The notes beneath the pieces are model-generated. The model saw nothing but the letters and a program-made list of their open reading frames with translations. It made no database searches and had not been told where the DNA came from. DNA of 64,000 nt from Malacoraja senta. Taxonomy: Eukaryota. The first letter of the stretch is position 1. The number at the start of each line of letters is the position of its first letter. Location of the stretch: assembly GCA_038087875.1 (NCBI GenBank), contig CM075990.1, positions 11,224,001 through 11,288,000 of the forward strand, written 5' to 3'. Below are positions 23,229 through 36,740 of this stretch, one piece after another. The position numbers and the translations under genes are program-made.

Positions 23229-23591
23229 TTACTATTACAGCCCAGCAAATGTGAATTAAGAAAATAAGTAGGGATTGGACCCCCGACCATCAGTGTAAAT
23301 CCCAGTCTGATCATCGTGAGCACAATAGCTCTGTCCTTCATTTTAATTCAACCACCCAATGAACTGCCAGGGAAACAAGTAAAACTGACAAAATAAATCT
23401 GGATCAGCTGTATCTTTCTAACATGTGAAATACAAATTAAATATCCTGCTTGGTTTTTGCCCTCCTTATTTCTTTCTCCTTCCCTTTATTTCTTTTTTTT
23501 CTTCTCTTACTTCTCTTACTTTCTTTCAGATATATAATGGTTTGAGGTACTCAAGGCAGTAATATACATCATCATAATCAGGGGATGAAAT

Positions 23592-23760
23592 ATCAATCAA
23601 TCAATCAATCAATCAATCAACCTTTATTGTCATCTTGCAAGCAACAGTTGTACAGTGCAAAATGAAAAGACGTTTCCCAGGGAATACCGGAGCATCGCAC
23701 ATGAAATTTAAAACATTTCACACATAATAACACTAAAAACAACCCAGTCCCTGATCCTCA
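23592..23760 (-). mobile_element. Retroposon 3' tail with (TTGA)n microsatellite
   Basis: (ATCA)7 adjacent to CTTTATTGTCA, i.e. minus-strand TGACAATAAAG. Confidence 0.6.
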
Positions 23761-23939
23761 GTCTTCCATCAATGCTAAGAATTAACCTGCTGGTATTTTT
23801 CATGATATATTTACCATTGCTATTCACTGTATCTCGGTAGATGCGACAATAATCAATGTAAACAGAAAACCCCAAAAACCCATGGCAAAAGTACTGAACG
23901 GCAGAAATCCCCACAGTGCCCAGAGGATCAGTGATCATA

Positions 23940-24218
23940 GGGCAGCACAGTGGCGCAGCGGCAGAGTTGCTGCCTTACCCAGAGACCCGGGTTTGATCCT
24001 GACTACGGGTGTTGTTTGTACACTCTCCCTGTGACCGCCTGGGTTTATTCCGGGTTCCACATTCTAAAGACATCCAGGTTTGTAGGCTAATTGGCTTCTC
24101 TAAATTGCACCTGATGTGTAGGATGCGAAACTGGGATAATATTGAACGGGTGTAATGGTCTCGACCCGAAACGGTACCCATTCCATCTCTTCAGCGATGC
24201 TAAACTAAACTAAACTAA
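23940..24218 (+). mobile_element. HE1-like V-SINE with 3' segment replaced by pLTR piece
   Basis: SINE head and core, then GGTCTCGACCCGAAACGG at about 24157-24200, then CTAAA tail. Confidence 0.75.
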
Positions 24219-25329
24219 AGGAATTTAATTTTGTTTGTCAATTGAAATTCTGTAGAATGTCGGCTTCTACTAATTTTCCACTCCATGTCATTGTCTGTGC
24301 AATTCCTTCATGGTAAATATCCAAAATGAGAGGTCTGGCGCTAGTCTAGAGCAGAAATGCAGTTAGTGTGAACGCTCAGAATTTTGGATTGTGGCCCAGT
24401 ATTTACGCAATCATCTGTGTCTTTTTGCCTCGGATTCCACAGAAGTGAGGTGGAAGCAAGTCATCCTCGACCCCAAGAATTAGGAAGAAAGGAATCTTTT
24501 CACAAATCCTTCTGTCCACCGAGCTATCTAAATATCTATCCATTGCTCAACCTATTTATCTCTCCTATTAATCTATTTATCTTACAATCTATCAAATTAT
24601 TTATCTGGTGGTCCACTTTTTTTTAATCTACCGATCTACCTCTATTGACCTATTTATCTGGCAGCACATCTAGCTATCTGTCCGCCTAACTATCTATATG
24701 GAATATATTAAATATTCATTTTAATGCTTGTCTTTAAACAATGTAAAATGCAACACAGCCAAAGAATTTGGGTGGCTTCTGTTTCACTATCTGACCAGCG
24801 GGGTGTGATGTTTTACTTGCTTTCTGATTTAATGTCAGCGGTTGGTATGAAAGAATGCTAATTATAGGGGAATAAAAGCGTATGTGCCTTTGCTAAATTG
24901 GCTTGTTCCTCTGACATATTTAAGGCAAACTCTTTGGATGAGGACGGAATTCTCAATTTAATTTTATCCTGGCTCCACACTTGATTGTCAGACTCTCGAT
25001 AAGTGGAGCCACTGTAATCCTATAGTTTATCTTTAATGAAAGGCCAGGAACAAAACAATACAAGCCAGTTTTAAAAAAAAGGCAGAAGAAAAACAACCTT
25101 TTTATTGTAACCAATGTTGTAAATCTCTATGCCAGTGGAACAATGGGAGCAATGTTTCTCAATTGCTGAAAGAAACCAGTTGTCAGATGCCAGGTACCTC
25201 TGGTATTGCTGTGTGCTGTGGATGTGTGACCCAGACCCTATGATGCAGAACTCACCCAAGCCTTTTCCCATTTCATCTGGAAATCGCAAAGGTACCCTGT
25301 CCACTGGGACAAAATGTGGAGATTTCCAG

Positions 25330-25628
25330 AGGTGGCGATGCGGTAGAGTTGTTGCCTTACATCGCCAGAGACCCAGGTTCAATGCCGACTATGGGTGCTG
25401 TCTGTACGGAGTTTGTACGTTCTCCCCGTGACCTGCGTGGGTTTTCTCCGGGAGCTCCGGTTTCCTCCCACACTCAAAAGACATGCAGGTTTGTAGGCTA
25501 ATTGGCTTGGTAAAATCGTAAATTGTCCCTAGTGTGTGTAGGATAGTGTTAGTGTGCGGGGATTGCTGGTCGGCACGGACTCAGTGGGCCGAAGGGCCTG
25601 TTTCCACGCTGTATCTCTAAACTAAACG
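25330..25628 (+). mobile_element. HE1-like V-SINE
   Basis: Full core and tail. Confidence 0.9.
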
Positions 25629-27540
25629 AAGAAAGAGGTGTGTGTGCATGTGTGCTTGCGTGAGTGCGTGTGTATATGTTTGTGCACTGTGTGCGGCTGC
25701 ATCAAGCTGTGCCGACAACCTGGGTGGGCAATCACTATGTGTCACTGCATGCTAAGGATCTGCCTGACTGTGGCCTGTAAGGAAGAGCCCGGACTGTTGC
25801 CACAGAATGTTTCATTCAGTCAGACCGTGTCGCACCACCTGACCCTCACAGAAAGGTTTCTGCAGAAAATCAAGTCAATCTCATGGTGAGCAGAATTAGG
25901 CCATTCGGCCCACCAAGTCTAATCTGCCATTCAATCATGGCTGATCTATCTCTCCCTCCTAATTCTATTCTCCTGCCTTCTCCCCATAACCCCTGGCACT
26001 CCAGTTAGATGCTCTTAAAAACGACCCCTTTAACCCAGCTTTTGGCCATCTGCCCTCATATCATCTTCTGTCACCCGGTGTCAATCTTTGTCTGATAATG
26101 CTGCTATGATGAGGCTTGGGGTCTTCCATTCCATTTAAGATGTTACATAAACAGAGCATGTGCCTCCACCAGTGACCGCTGTACTGCAAAATAACTCATT
26201 TCCCACAAATTGTTGTGCAATGTTTCTCAAGGACATAAAAATGTTATTGTACGCTGGTCTTTTAAGGACATTATTTTGCTAATATTTAGTCTTTATGTCA
26301 GGCTGCAATCCCTTAAACAATTTCTTTATGTTTAATAAATGTAACTGCTTCAAATGAACCTCTGATGTTGCTGAAGTGTATTTCTAAGAATGCCCTGTGG
26401 AATATTTTTAAATATCAGAATCTAATGCACGTGTGCTCTGCATTAACAGTGATTAATGTACATGCAAGAAGTGGAAGGGAACATTATTTGTTTACTTATC
26501 AGCAACTGAATGAGTTCTATAAACTGTTACACTCTGCCCCTGGTACTTAAGAATTTAAAACAATTGAAATACCAGATTTAAAAGCCCAAAGCTCTTGCAT
26601 TTAAGTGATCTTTATTGCTTGTGTTATAGAATTGCTGTTGAGTTTTTTTACGAAGAAAGCATGGATTTGGGGCTGCACAATGCACAGCGTGCAAATGCCA
26701 AGGTCTTAAATTCCATCGGTTGGCACCATTCACTCATGACCCCACATACTATCCATGCTGCCTCCCACTCACACAACAATGTAAGTTTTTACATTTAAAT
26801 CCTCCCAATTTGTTTGATTCTCTGATCTCCCATGGGCTCATCCCCCACTGTCTTCATTTCTACAGCCCTCCAAGCTATCTACGTTCCTTCAGTCCCGCTC
26901 TCTTGGTTATCTTTCATTTTAATGTCTCCACGTCTGGAGATCAATAGGGAATTCACAAGAATTTTGTTGACCCAAAACTGAAATTCCCTCCTCTCTCACC
27001 CTCCATAAGACCTTGGATCACATGGAACGGCAGATGCTTGTTTACGAAGAAAGACAAAATATCCTGGAGTAGCTCTGTGGACCAGGCAGCATCTGGAAGG
27101 ACGTGGATAGGCGACGTTTTTGGGTTCAATGATTCTTTGTTGTCACGCATGCACAGCACAGTGAAATTCTTTTTGCATAACCACAAATGCACAGTGTGCA
27201 CAATTTTGGCGTTATTTAGAATAGAAATAAAACAAAACAAAGTCCAGACCACATATTGGAAGTCGTGGAGCGCCCCCGGTCCAGGAATCCTGCAGACCCT
27301 TGACTCAACGTCCCTCTCCTCTGGGACCCTTCTTCAGATGCTTTTTAATTTGGGACCTTTTTTATGAACATTGAATCTTCAATTTTAGATCATTAAAAAT
27401 AACATCACCACCCCCCACCCCATTTCCCCCTTCTTCCCTAATGCCACCTAGATTTCTCCCTTTCCTCATTCCCCTCCCCCCCATCTCCTTCCACCTGTAT
27501 TACATTCTCTGGCTTCCTCTTCTAACACGCCTCTTCTGGA

Positions 27541-28288
27541 AAAGGGGAGATGCAACAAGACCTGGGTGTCATGGTACACCAGTCATTGAAAGTAGGCATG
27601 CAGGTGCAGCAGGCAGTGAAGAAAGCGAATGGTATGTTAGCATTCATAGCAAAAGGATTTGAGTATAGGAGCAGGGAGGTTCTACTGCAGTTGTACAGGG
27701 TCTTGGTGAGACCACACCTGGAGTATTGCGTACAGTTTTGGTCTCCTAATCTGAGGAAAGACATTCTTGCCATAGAGGGAGTACAGACAAGGTTCACCAG
27801 ACTGATTCCTGGGATGGCAGGACTTTCATATGAAGAAAGACTGGATAGACTTGGCTTGTACTCGCTAGAATTTAGAAGATTGAGGGGGGATCTTATAGAA
27901 ACTTACAAAATTCTTAAGGGGTTGGACCGGCTAGATGCAGGAAGATTGTTCCCGATATTGGGGAAGTCCAGAATAAGGGGTCACAGTTTAAGGATAAGGG
28001 GGAAATCTTTTAGGACCGAGATGAGAAAAACATTTTTCACACAGAGAGTGGTGAATCTCTGGAATTCTCTGCCACAGAAGGTAGTTGAGGCCAGTTCATT
28101 GGCTCTATTTAAGAGGGAGTTAGATGTGGCCCTTGTGGCTAAAGGTATCAGGGGGTATGGAGAGAGGGCAGGTACACGATACTGAGTTGAATGATCAGCC
28201 ATGATCATATTGAATGGCAGTGCAGGCTCGAAGGGCCGAAGGGCCTACTCCTGAACCTATTTTCTATGTTTCTATGTTTCTATGTTTC
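27541..28288 (+). mobile_element. Young CR1-type LINE 3' fragment, ORF2 C-terminus uninterrupted
   Basis: 211-aa ORF 27550-28185 (DLGVMVHQSLK...LVRPHLEYCVQFWSP...LWNSLPQK), 3'UTR and (TTTCTATG)3 tail. Confidence 0.97.
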
Positions 28289-28289
28289 T

Positions 28290-28552
28290 GTCTTTATCGC
28301 ACACTTTTTGTCTTTTCATTGCTGGCCTTTGTCAAACTATTTGCCAATCCAAACCCTCTCTCACCTATATTCATCTATAAACTTGCCAGGTTTTATCCTG
28401 CCCCCACCTCTCTCCCTGTCTGCAATCAATCTGAAGAATAGTCCCAACCCAAAATGTCACCTATTCATGTTCTCGAGAGATGCTACCTGAGTCATTCCAG
28501 CACTTTATGTTTTTTTTAGCTAAACCAGCATTTGCAGTTCCCTCTGTCTATG
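28290..28552 (+). mobile_element. Penelope 3' UTR/pLTR fragment
   Basis: Pyrimidine-rich UTR, then TCTGAAGAA..CCCAAAATGTCACC..AGATGCT. Confidence 0.75.
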
Positions 28553-29899
28553 TAAGCAGAGAATTGTTGAGTAAGATGAAATTATTGAGTTCAGCCAACT
28601 AAAGAACTGATTGTCTACCTGGTTTAAGCACAGAATTCTAATTGCTCAAATCACTTCACCTTGCAACATTAAACAGAAACTCTCACTCAGGGATTACACC
28701 AAGACGCATTAACCAGGCCCAGCATTAAAGTTTCATCAATCCCTACTGCTTATAATGCTGATCACACTGTCAAGTCATTGCATTTCTTTCATCTGAGACT
28801 CAGTAAGTTTGTACTGAGCTACAGCTGAAAGGTCAATTAATTTACAATCACTCAGCATGTGGTGATGTATCTTAAAGCAAGGGAAGGCCATTTGGCCCCT
28901 TGAGGCAGTGCCACCATTGAGTTGGATGTCATCAGATCTGTGCCTCTGTGCAATACATTGGTGTTTCATCCTAACTCAAGATACAGAGCTGTTTAGTGCA
29001 GTCTTTAGTGCTTGTGTTGGTATAGTGCTTCTGTTGGTGGCAAAGTAATCCAGAAATCTGGTTAATGGGCCAAGTTCTACTTCTACCATAGAAACTGTGC
29101 AATTTAATTTCAGTAAGTGCCACAATCCGCAAGGTTTTTCAACAATAAGTAGAAGCATGAAGCCCATGGCTTGATGAAAACCCCATTTTATTCATTCATG
29201 TTCTTGAGGGTATCAAATTTTCATCCTTTCCTGTTTTGGTCTATATGTGATTCCTGACCCACCGTGATGTGATTGTCTCTTAGCTGCTCTCTGAAAAGCC
29301 TCAGAGATCTTTCAATTCAACAGTGAGCAATGTTCTTTTACAAACACAGCCAAATCCTTTATGAATGATCTTTGAAAGAATCTCAAAAAATGTGATTGAT
29401 CCATTGTCCTCTGGGGAAGAGAGTCCTAAATTTCTACTTTCCTGTGACGTTTGATTCCTAACATTCTTGTTAGCTCTAATTTTAAGAAGAGTTGTTTAAT
29501 TTAGGACTCATTCACAGGAGGAAATACATATCGTATCTAATCATTTGAAACAGGTGCAATGGATCATTCTTCAAACTCGTGAACTCAGAAGGATGCAATC
29601 CAAGCCTGTCATCTAATCAAAGCCCACATCAATGAGTTACATCTGCATTTCACTCTCCTCCTGAGATCTGGAGCCCAGAACCAAATAGAGTTATGGGGAA
29701 TACATTGTACGCAGTTCATATGACCTTTGGACTTGTAGACATCTGAGATGAAGGTTAACATTTCCACTGGGCTTCCTCAGCAAATTATATTTGGAGGTGG
29801 CCACAAACAGGCTCAAGGTGAACTGTGGTATCCTCTAAAGATCAATGTTGGGACAGTATTGATCATTACCTATGGAACAGGTTTCATCGGACATGGTGA

Positions 29900-30190
29900 G
29901 CAAGGGCTGGTTGGGGGGGCAGGGTGAACTGGGGTAATGCCTCCAGCGCCTTTATGGATGGCTGCCAAAGATTGCCCCTGGGACTCAAAGATGAGAGATG
30001 ATGGCTCATAGTCTGAGCCGGTCAGGGATGACGGAAGGGATTGGAAGCCGCTCTGGTAGAACGAGTACGTGGGAATCATATTTTGAACTTGATGAAATGG
30101 CGCCAAACATGGCCGCACTGCCATTATATGCAAAATGAGTTTCACTATGTAATCTTTAATTGCATATGTGACAATAAATATCCATTGATA
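29900..30190 (+). mobile_element. Unclassified GC-rich retroposon (family of 16375-16655)
   Basis: AGGGTGAACTGGGGTAATGCCTCCAGCGCCTT block and GCATATGTGACAATAAA tail. Confidence 0.65.
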
Positions 30191-30663
30191 TCTGGGGACT
30201 GAACGCTTAATTTTAAAACTGGCTATAAATTGGTGCATGTAGTTAACAAAGAAGAAAGTTGTGATAAAGTTTAGGAAGTTATTAATGTACCTGCAAATTG
30301 GGTATTTTGACTGGTATTTGAACTGCACTGTGACTTGATATGAGCTCATCCCATTTTAAATATATATTGACGACAAAGTCTCCGCCAAAGAGCTGAAGGT
30401 GGAGTGGAGTTTGTAACCCCCAGCGAACATAGACAATTTACTTAAGTCAATATTGTAAGTAAACAGTCTATTTAAAGACATTTTAAAAGTACTTACCGAT
30501 GCAGAAAATATCAAAAACAATCAGGAAATGCTGGGAATGCTCAGCAGGTCAGGCAAAATCTGCGGAAAGGAAAAGAGTTAATGTTTCCAGTCAAAGATCT
30601 TTCATCCCAATTGGGAAAGAGAGAAAGCAAATTGAAATCTCAGAGAGGTGTGGAAGCATAGAT

Positions 30664-31018
30664 ATGACAGAGAGTCATGGAGTGATACAGTGTGGAAACA
30701 GGCCCTTCAGCTCATCTTTCCCACACCGGCCAACATATCCCAACTACACTTGCCTCACCTGCCTGCACTTGGTCCATATCCCTCCAAACTTGTCCTATCC
30801 ATGTACCTGTCTAACTGTTTCTTAAATGTTGGGATAGTCCCAGCCTCAACTACCTTCTCTGGCAGCTTGTTCCATACACCCACCACCCTTTGTGTGAAAA
30901 AGTTACCCCTCAGATTGCTATTAAATCTTTTCCCCTTCACCTTGAACCTATGTCCTCTGGTCCTCGATTCCCCTACTCTGGGCAAGAGTTCTGTGCATCT
31001 ACCCGATCTATTCCTCTC
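30664..31018 (-). mobile_element. CR1/HER1-type LINE 3' fragment
   Basis: PRVGESRTRGHRFKVKG...FFTQRVVGVWNKLP...EGYGPSAG, with tail GAAGGGCCTGTTTCCACACTGTATCACTC. Confidence 0.95.
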
Positions 31019-31964
31019 AGAGAGAATATCAGAGATAGGATGAGGCCAGATTGTTGTGATAAGCTGTGAATGAAGCTGTTTCATTTATAGATTAAAGTGC
31101 GTGAGGAAGAGGGAGAGTGGAGAGTCAAGAGTGTTTTATTACCATATGTACCAAAATGGAACAATGAAATTCTTACTTGCAGCAGCACAATAGGTTTGTG
31201 GAGGGGGGGGGGGGGGGGGTGTGGAATGAAAAGAAGAAAGAACAACAGGACACTTCAAAGCTGTAGGAGTACATGACTGAACTATAGGAAATGCTCAAAA
31301 GATCAGACCATGAAACCGACAACAGAGCTATTTAAAGAGCAGAGTAACTGAAAGAGAACAACTTATCCAGTAAAAGGGAATGTCTTTTCTATAAAAATGC
31401 CGTGTATGAAGGAGAGTCATGTATAAATTCCGTGGCACAAAATCGGTGTCAGAGACTTACAATGTGGTTCCCAAGCTTGATTGAAAGCAATCACTTTCTG
31501 GATGGCAATAGTGCTATCACCAAACAGTGCCACATCTTTTGATAGGAAGGGTATGGAGGCCATATACTTACTGGGGAACAAATATCTTAATTAAATAAAG
31601 GAAAATAGGGATCTTTGGGCATGGACATATAATTCATAAAAGTAGTGACAGAAGCTAAAAATGACGATAAAATGAAAGTAATTAATGTAGTGAGGGTCAT
31701 TTTTAGGGACAGAATTGAAAAGGCGATATGTTAATGGGAACTTGAATAAACTGTGATTAAAACACTGCATGCAATTTGGTTCTTGTAAGAAAACAACTAA
31801 GAGTTTGGAGGCATAAAACAAAATGTTTTGCACTATCACACCAAATTAAAGAATAATATTTTGCAGGAAAATGTTATTCTTTTCTTCACAAATGAGACAG
31901 AGAGAGGACCTAATAGAGATTATAAAGATTCTTAAAGCTTTAGATTTGTATGGCCTATTTGTAT

Positions 31965-32293
31965 GGGCGGCACGGTGGCGCAGCGGTAGAGTTGCTGCCT
32001 TATAGCGCTTGCAGCACCAGAGACCCGGGTTCGATCCCGACTAGATGTTCTGTCTGTATGGAGTTTGTATGTTCTCCCCGTGACCGTGTGGGTTTCCTCC
32101 GAGGTCTTCGGTTTCCTCCCACACTCCAAAGATGTACAGGTTTGCAGGTAAATTGGCTTGGTGTAAGTGTAAATTGTCCCTAGAGTGTGTAGGAAAGTGT
32201 TAATGTGCGGGGATCGCTGGTCGGTGTGGACTCGGTGGGCCGAAGGGCCTGTTTCTGCCCTGTATCTCTAAACTGAACTAAACTAAACTAAAA
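31965..32293 (+). mobile_element. Full-length HE1-like V-SINE inserted in old CR1 relic
   Basis: A box TGGCGCAGCGG, B box GGTTCGATCCC, core GGTTTCCTCCCACACTCCAAAG, (CTAAA)n tail. Confidence 0.92.
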
Positions 32294-32719
32294 AGATGGT
32301 CTTAACATGGCTGTTGTTTCCACTTGCTGACAAAATCAGAAGTAAGGGCCATAAATATAGAAAAGGTAATAATAAATCCAACAGGGAATTCAGGAGAACT
32401 TGGTTTATTTGTTTCTGTTTGCTGCTTCAGGGATACATTAAACTGAATTTATACACTTCTCCAATTCACATAATGTTACACAGCATTTCCAGCACATAAA
32501 CAAGTTATACTTCTACATAAGGGGAAACTTGATAAATTACATCGGACTGCCTTGAATAGACTGATAGATACACAAAGATGAGCTGGTGGGTGAGATGAGG
32601 TTACTTGGGTGGAGCATAAGCAACAGATGATTGAGTTTCTCTGCGGAAGGTTCAGTGTAGGACCATGTAATTAGTGTTCTTTGTATATAGTATGTTCTCT
32701 ACTTCCACTTAAACCTCTT

Positions 32720-33225
32720 TAGTTAAGTTTAGTTTGGAGATACTTCATTGAAGCAGGCCCTTCGGCCCACCGAGTCCACGCTGACCATCGGTCACCTGTG
32801 CACAATCTTTCTATGTTATTCCATTTTCTTGTCCACTCATAGAGTCATAGAGTCTTAGAGCATTCATTCGGCTCCACTTGCCCATGGCGGCCAACATGCC
32901 CCGATCTACAGTAGTCCCACCTACCTGCGTTTGGCTCATATCCCCCTAAATTTGTCCTATTCATGTACCTGTCTGAATGTTTCCTATACGCTGCGATAGT
33001 CCCTGCCTCAACTCCCTCCTCTGGCACTCTTGAGAAACATTATACAGAGGCCAATTATCCCATAAACGCGCATATCTTTGGGATGTGGTAGTAAACTGGA
33101 ATTTTCGGAGGAAACCCACGCGGTCACAAGGAAAACCTGCAAACTCCACACAGCCAGCACCCGAGGTCAGGATCGAACCTGGTGCTGTGAGGCAGCAGCT
33201 CTACCAGGATCGTTTCTGTGCCGCC
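32720..33225 (-). mobile_element. HE1-like SINE interrupted by CR1 3' fragment (about 32837-33028)
   Basis: SINE tail 32720-32836, CR1 piece, SINE head 33030-33225. Confidence 0.8.
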
Positions 33226-33439
33226 TTCATTCTAACTCCTGTCCATAGCCATCTTTGTTCTAAATGACTCTTCTACTCTGATTATTTCACTGGTCTTTTT
33301 TACCATCAAATTTAAGTTACCTTTACTCCGTTAGCCTAATTTCCCACCATAATTGTCCTATATGTAAAGCACTTAGATTAACCTTACAAAAGTTCCCTGT
33401 TCGTTATGATGCCTGGAGATTCCTTCTTCAACATCTTTC

Positions 33440-33910
33440 CTTAAATAAGAACACTAATATTCTGCACCGTATTCCAGCTGCCTTGCTCTCTATAATTGAA
33501 AAATAAGCTCCTTACTTTTGCATATGATTTCTCCAACAATAAACAATAACACTCAGTTGACTTTCCAATTACTCGCAGTACTTGCACACAATCTTGTGTG
33601 AAATATTCATTCGACTGTTCAGATTACTCTGCATCTCAGAGCTCTGCAATCTATCCCCATTTAGATAATATCCATTTTATTTATTTTACCTGGCAAAATG
33701 TACAATTTCAGTTTCCAACATTATACTCCATTTGCTAGATCTTTTACCACTCACTGAACCTATCTAAACCCATTCTAATCTTGCATCTGTGCAACTTACT
33801 TTCCTAGCTATCTTTGTGTCATCTGCAAATTTAGCATCCATGACTTTGAATGACTTTGGTCATTCATTTACATAGCTTAAAAAGTTGAGATGCTAGCTTC
33901 GATTCCCGTG
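33440..33910 (-). mobile_element. Old CR1 RT relic
   Basis: Minus strand AAATTTGCAGATGACACAAAG (KFADDTK) near 33812-33832. Confidence 0.7.
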
Positions 33911-34794
33911 GCAAGCTGAATGTACATCTTTCTAAAAAGTAAAAGTTCCAGGACTGTTTCCCATCAGCTATTCAAACTAGCTAGTCTGCGGCAAAGAGCC
34001 AAACTGATGGAGGAAATTCAGTGGGTCAAGCAGCATCTGTGGAGGCAAAAGGATAGTCGCAGTTTCAGGCCAAGATCTTGCATCATGACCGAGGGTGTAG
34101 ACGGGAGATAGCCAGTCTAAAGAGGTGAGAGGGAGGGATAAGGTTTGGGCTCGCAGGGGATAGGGTGGAAAAAATGAAGAAGGAAATGATTTGCAGATGA
34201 ACCAAGTGGGGGAGGGATGGAGTTGGCAGATTATGGCTGGTGTATGAAGGGTAAAACCCTAAGGAGAAAGCGAGAAAAAAAGAGATAATTGTATCCAGGT
34301 GGGGGGAGGAGAATGTGGAGGTAAAGACATTATTTCAGTATTCAATCATGTGTCCATATCATCTCCCTTCCATGAGATTTCATTCTCCACCAAAATCCTT
34401 GACACGGCACATTTTCAAATGCCTTCTAGAGATTTAAGTAATGTACATCTGACAATTCCCTTTGACCCACAGTACATATTACTTCTTCAAAGAACTCCAA
34501 TAAATTTGATGAACATGATTTCCCTTCCCAAAGTTGACTTTGCTTCCAAATCTAGAATTTCTCTCAATGCCTGCTGTAATGTCTTTAATAATAGTTTCAA
34601 ACATTTTCACAATGGCAAATGTTTAGCTCACTTGCTTTTAGTTTTCCCGTTTCTCCCTCTTTTAAAAAAGGTCACATTTTCTGATTTCTAAACTAATTGA
34701 ACCTTCCCCTGAATCTTGGGAATATCTGAAAATTAAAACTAATGCAACAACTATTTCACTTGCCATTTTGTTTAAAGACCTTGGATGCAGAGCG

Positions 34795-34970
34795 ACAGGA
34801 ACTGAAGATAGACACTAAAAGCTGGAGTAACTCAGCAGGTCAGGCAGCATCTCCGGAGAAACAAACTTGGTGATATTTTGGGTCGAGACCCTTCTTCAGA
34901 CTGAGAGTCGGGGGAAAGGGAAATGAGAGATATGGATGGTGATATAGAAAGATGTAGAACAAATGCAAAC
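34795..34970 (-). mobile_element. Penelope pLTR fragment
   Basis: GCTGGAGTAACTCAGCAGG...GGTCGAGACCCTTCTTCAGACT. Confidence 0.8.
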
Positions 34971-36114
34971 TGAAGACTTGCCAGCCATCTCTCCAACAAT
35001 TTGGTCAATACCATACCCTTGCTGATGCTAATCTTCTTGAGTTTCCATCTCCCTTCCATTCCCCAATTGACTATTTATAGTGTCATAGAGTCAAACAGCA
35101 TGGAATCAGACCTTTTGTCCCTACTTGCCCACACCGACCAAGATGCCCCATCTGCAATAGTCCCACCTGTGTGTGTGTTTGACCCTCTAAACCTTTCCCA
35201 TCCATGTACCCGTCCAAATATTTTTTACATGTTGTTATGGTTTACTTCTGGGAAGTTCCTTGCATTCTGTAAAATGATGCAAACTATCTGTTCAATTCAC
35301 CTGCCATCTCCTGGCTTTCCATTAATAATTCCTCTGACTCACTTCCTTCAAGAGCACTACTCACTTTGTTTATCCAGCTTCTCCTGAAATATACCTCTGC
35401 CTCAACCACTCCCCGTGGGAATGAGTGCCACATGCTCGATGCAAAGACGTTCTCCTGAATTCCCTGTTGGATTTATTAGTGACTACCTTATACTGTATTT
35501 ATGAGGCCCAGTTTTGGTTTCTCCGCAAGTGGAAACATATTTGCTGTGTTTGCTTATGACAAGACCACATGTTATTTCCTCTGGGAAATCCTGACTAAAC
35601 AGTGCATTACCCAAGATGATATTTATCTTGCAAACAAATCAAGTATGTTCTTCCTTACTAACGGGAAGGTGGCTGGTATTTTCTGCGCAAGATGTGTGCC
35701 ATTTGGTTGTCAAGTAGGAAAAAAGAAGTGACGTTAGAGTATTCACAGATGACTTCATTGGGTTATGCAATTTAGCACCATCTCACCCAGTCTGTATTTG
35801 AAAACAAGTCGAGCTTGGTATTTCTCAATTAAACTTTGAGCTTCAAATCTTCAAGAAGTGCCAATAAGCTTAAAAATAAACTTTTCCCAGAACAGGCATG
35901 GTGAGATAATGCCTATATGAGGTTATATATTTCATTTATTCATTCGCAGGGCATTAAGTGTTGCTGGAAATGTTGACATTTATTGTCCACCCCCTGTTAA
36001 GGAGTGGGTTAAAAAATCAGCCACTTGGGGAGACTGTAGTCACATTCAGCCCTGACTGGCTGAGGATGACAGATTTCCTTCAAAATAAACAAGCACATTA
36101 GTAGATACAGCAAA

Positions 36115-36740
36115 AGATAGACTCAAAAAGCTGGAGTAACTCAGCGGGACAGGCAGCATCTCTGAAGAGAAGGAATGGGTGATGTTTTGGGTCGAGAGCC
36201 TTCTTCGGATCAGTTTCCAAATTTGAGATCAATTTTAATTACTAGAAATTAAACTCGCGAACCAAGCAGATGGAAACTTGGTCACCACACAGTTGAAACT
36301 TGAAGGATATCACCAAAATGAAAAAGGTGCAGAAAGGCTTTATGAGAATGTTAACGGGTTTGGAAGGTCTGAGTTATAAGGAAAGGCTGAAGGAGGGTCT
36401 CGATCTGAAACTTCACCCATTCCTTCTCTCCAGAGATGCTGCCTGTCCCGATGAGTTACTCTGGCTTTTTGTGTCTATCTTCGGCTGGATAGGATGGAGT
36501 AAGTCAATGGGTCAGGCAGCATCTCTGGAGGGCATGGATTGATGACATTTTGGGTGGGTCGCCCTTCAGACTGATTGTGGTGCAGGAGGGGAGGGGACAG
36601 CTGGAATAGAGGTGGGTGCGGGACAAAGCCTGGCAAGTGATAGGTGGATACCGATGATGGGGGGCGGGAGTAGGTTGATTGGCAGATAGTTGGACAATAG
36701 CCAGAGATGAAGAGACAAAAAGCATGAGATAAGGTAACTG
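36115..36740. mobile_element. Cluster of three pLTR pieces and a CR1 sliver
   Basis: pLTR at 36115-36210 (-), 36385-36485 (+) and 36495-36740 (-). KVQKGFMRMLTGLEGLSYKERL at 36300-36390. Confidence 0.7.

Noticed and set aside
25257..25277. Minus-strand microexon
   Set aside because: Splice-like motifs only; expected by chance in 64 kb.
27550..28185. 211-aa host gene
   Set aside because: C-terminus of CR1 ORF2, 5'-truncated, with a LINE tail.
31965..32045. tRNA genes
   Set aside because: A/B boxes belong to SINE heads that continue into SINE core and tail. No clean cloverleaf.
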